Shown here in pieces: positions 62,975 through 64,000 of a DNA stretch of 64,000 nt (positions are counted from its first letter, which is position 1; each line of letters begins with the position of its first letter). Both the position numbers and the translations under genes were made by a program. The notes beneath the pieces are model-generated. The model was given only the letters and a program-made list of their open reading frames with translations, had not been told where the DNA came from and ran no database searches. The stretch is from Planctomycetota bacterium. Lineage in GTDB: Bacteria > Planctomycetota > UBA1135 > UBA2386. Where the stretch lies: the NCBI GenBank assembly GCA_016235155.1, contig JACRLW010000056.1, positions 4,005 to 68,004 of the forward strand, written 5' to 3'.

Positions 62975-64000
62975 TCAGTTCCGCAGCGCCATCACCGGAT
63001 CGAGGCGTGACACCGCACGCGCGGGCAGCGCACTCGCCGCCACCGCGCAGGCGCAGAGGACCAGGACCGCCGCGACGCCGAGCGCGAGCGGGATCCGCGG
63101 TACGCCGGTCTCCGCCGTCCACGGTCCGGCTCCGGCGATCGCGACCAGCGCGAATGCGAGCACGGCGCCGAGCGCTCCGCCGGCGCCGACGAGCAACAGG
63201 GTCTGCGCGCGGAGTTCGCGGCACAGCTGCGCGGGCCGCGCGCCGACCGCGAGCGCCAGGCCGAGTTCGGCGGTCCGCCGTCGCACCATCAGGTACATCA
63301 GGTGCGCGATGCCCACCGCGCCGGCCATCAACGTGACCGCTCCCGCGATGCCGACGACGACGTGGAAGCCGAGGAAGATCCAGCCGAGCATGCGTTGCTG
63401 TTCGGTGGTGTCCCACACCGACACCGCCTGGCGATCGGCCGGATCGAAGCGCAAACGTGCGGCGAGCGCGGCCACGACCGCCGCGGTGCACTCGGCCTGC
63501 CGCTCCGGGTCGCGCGCGCGGAACACGCAATCGTTCACGAAGCGACGGCCGTACGCGGCGGCCAAGGTCGTCGACGGCGCGAAGGCGAGCCCTTCGTCCT
63601 TGCCGCCGTAGTCGCTGTCCTGCTCCTTTTGCTCGAGCACGCCGACGACGAGGTACGGCGTGCGTCCGATCCGCACCTCGCGACCGACCGCGCTCCCCCG
63701 CGGGAAGAGGCGCAGCGCCAACCGATCGCCGAGGAAGACGACGCGGCGGCGTTCGGCGACGTCGCGCGCGTCGACGAAGCGTCCGCCCGGCGACGGACGC
63801 AACGTGCGCAGGCGCGCGAACACCGGCTCGACGCCGCAGATCGACACGCGCAGCGCGGCGTCGGCGCTCGCGATGCGATCCTGCACGCGGAACTCCGGGC
63901 TGATCGCGTCGAGTACGGGCACCGCGTTCCCGGCGGCGAGCACGTCGTCGCGCGTGATCGCGAGCGAGCGGCCCGCGGGCAGTCCTTGCCAGCTCTTGCT
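62975..64000 (-). CDS. Second MacB-type ABC permease (partial; 5' end beyond window)
   Basis: ORF 62975..63943, and the frame stays open to base 64000 (..SKSWQGLPAGRSLAITRDDVLAAGNAVPVLD..). FtsX 'TAELGLALAVGARPAQL'. Confidence 0.8.
   Translation of the reverse strand, partial: SKSWQGLPAGRSLAITRDDVLAAGNAVPVLDAISPEFRVQDRIASADAALRVSICGVEPVFARLRTLRPSPGGRFVDARDVAERRRVVFLGDRLALRLFPRGSAVGREVRIGRTPYLVVGVLEQKEQDSDYGGKDEGLAFAPSTTLAAAYGRRFVNDCVFRARDPERQAECTAAVVAALAARLRFDPADRQAVSVWDTTEQQRMLGWIFLGFHVVVGIAGAVTLMAGAVGIAHLMYLMVRRRTAELGLALAVGARPAQLCRELRAQTLLLVGAGGALGAVLAFALVAIAGAGPWTAETGVPRIPLALGVAAVLVLCACAVAASALPARAVSRLDPVMALRN

Noticed and set aside
1-64000. CRISPR arrays, rRNA genes, transposases, integrases, prophage genes
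   Set aside because: I looked for regularly spaced repeats, IS-type inverted repeats and integrase or transposase motifs in all plausible ORFs and found none.

Overview
High-GC (roughly 70% by eye, not computed) bacterial chromosomal segment. It is gene-dense and carries many long antisense 'shadow' ORFs, which I discarded on composition (Arg/Gly/Pro-rich, no motifs). No rRNA, CRISPR array, transposase or integrase was seen.

Left to right, the supported content is:
- A MoxR-DUF58-BatA/BatB (Bat-type) operon.
- An RluA-type pseudouridine synthase.
- A PLD-nuclease/SF2-helicase/DUF3427 fusion gene.
- Several signal-peptide proteins.
- tRNA-Glu(CUC) and a dGTPase-like gene.
- A six-gene LPS-core-like glycosyltransferase/kinase operon, and mazG.
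- A complete Na+-NQR locus (nqrM-like, nqrABCDEF, apbE).
- An orphan carrier protein and tRNA-Sec (selC).
- An RND efflux operon.
- An alpha/beta hydrolase cluster and a HEAT-like protein.
- A Ser/Thr kinase-AAA-TPR gene.
- A degraded AbiEi/AbiEii-like pair.
- A CHAT protease-STAND NTPase-TPR gene, co-oriented 9 nt upstream of an ECF sigma factor and a tiny basic ORF, and divergent from a cytoplasmic subtilase plus a propeptide-like mini-gene.
- An LPS-kinase-like gene and a MacB-type ABC exporter.

Best candidate for an undescribed system: the ~6.5 kb CHAT-STAND-TPR / ECF-sigma / subtilase module at 52.6-59.2 kb. Identical 27-nt repeats bracket it, a ~1.1 kb low-GC tract lies inside its TPR sensor region, and a decayed toxin-antitoxin pair sits next to it.

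Other notable signals:
- Six ORF-breaking lesions: a deletion in moxR, two 1-nt frameshifts, an exact 52-bp tandem duplication in the kinase gene, and two in-frame stops. These may be real decay or assembly error.
- A four-copy palindromic element that always lies at gene 3' ends.
- Five secreted proteins sharing a C-terminal module.
- A 590-nt non-coding gap with two plus-strand intrinsic terminators.

All domain calls rest on motifs I recognise by eye in the translations. No database search was run.
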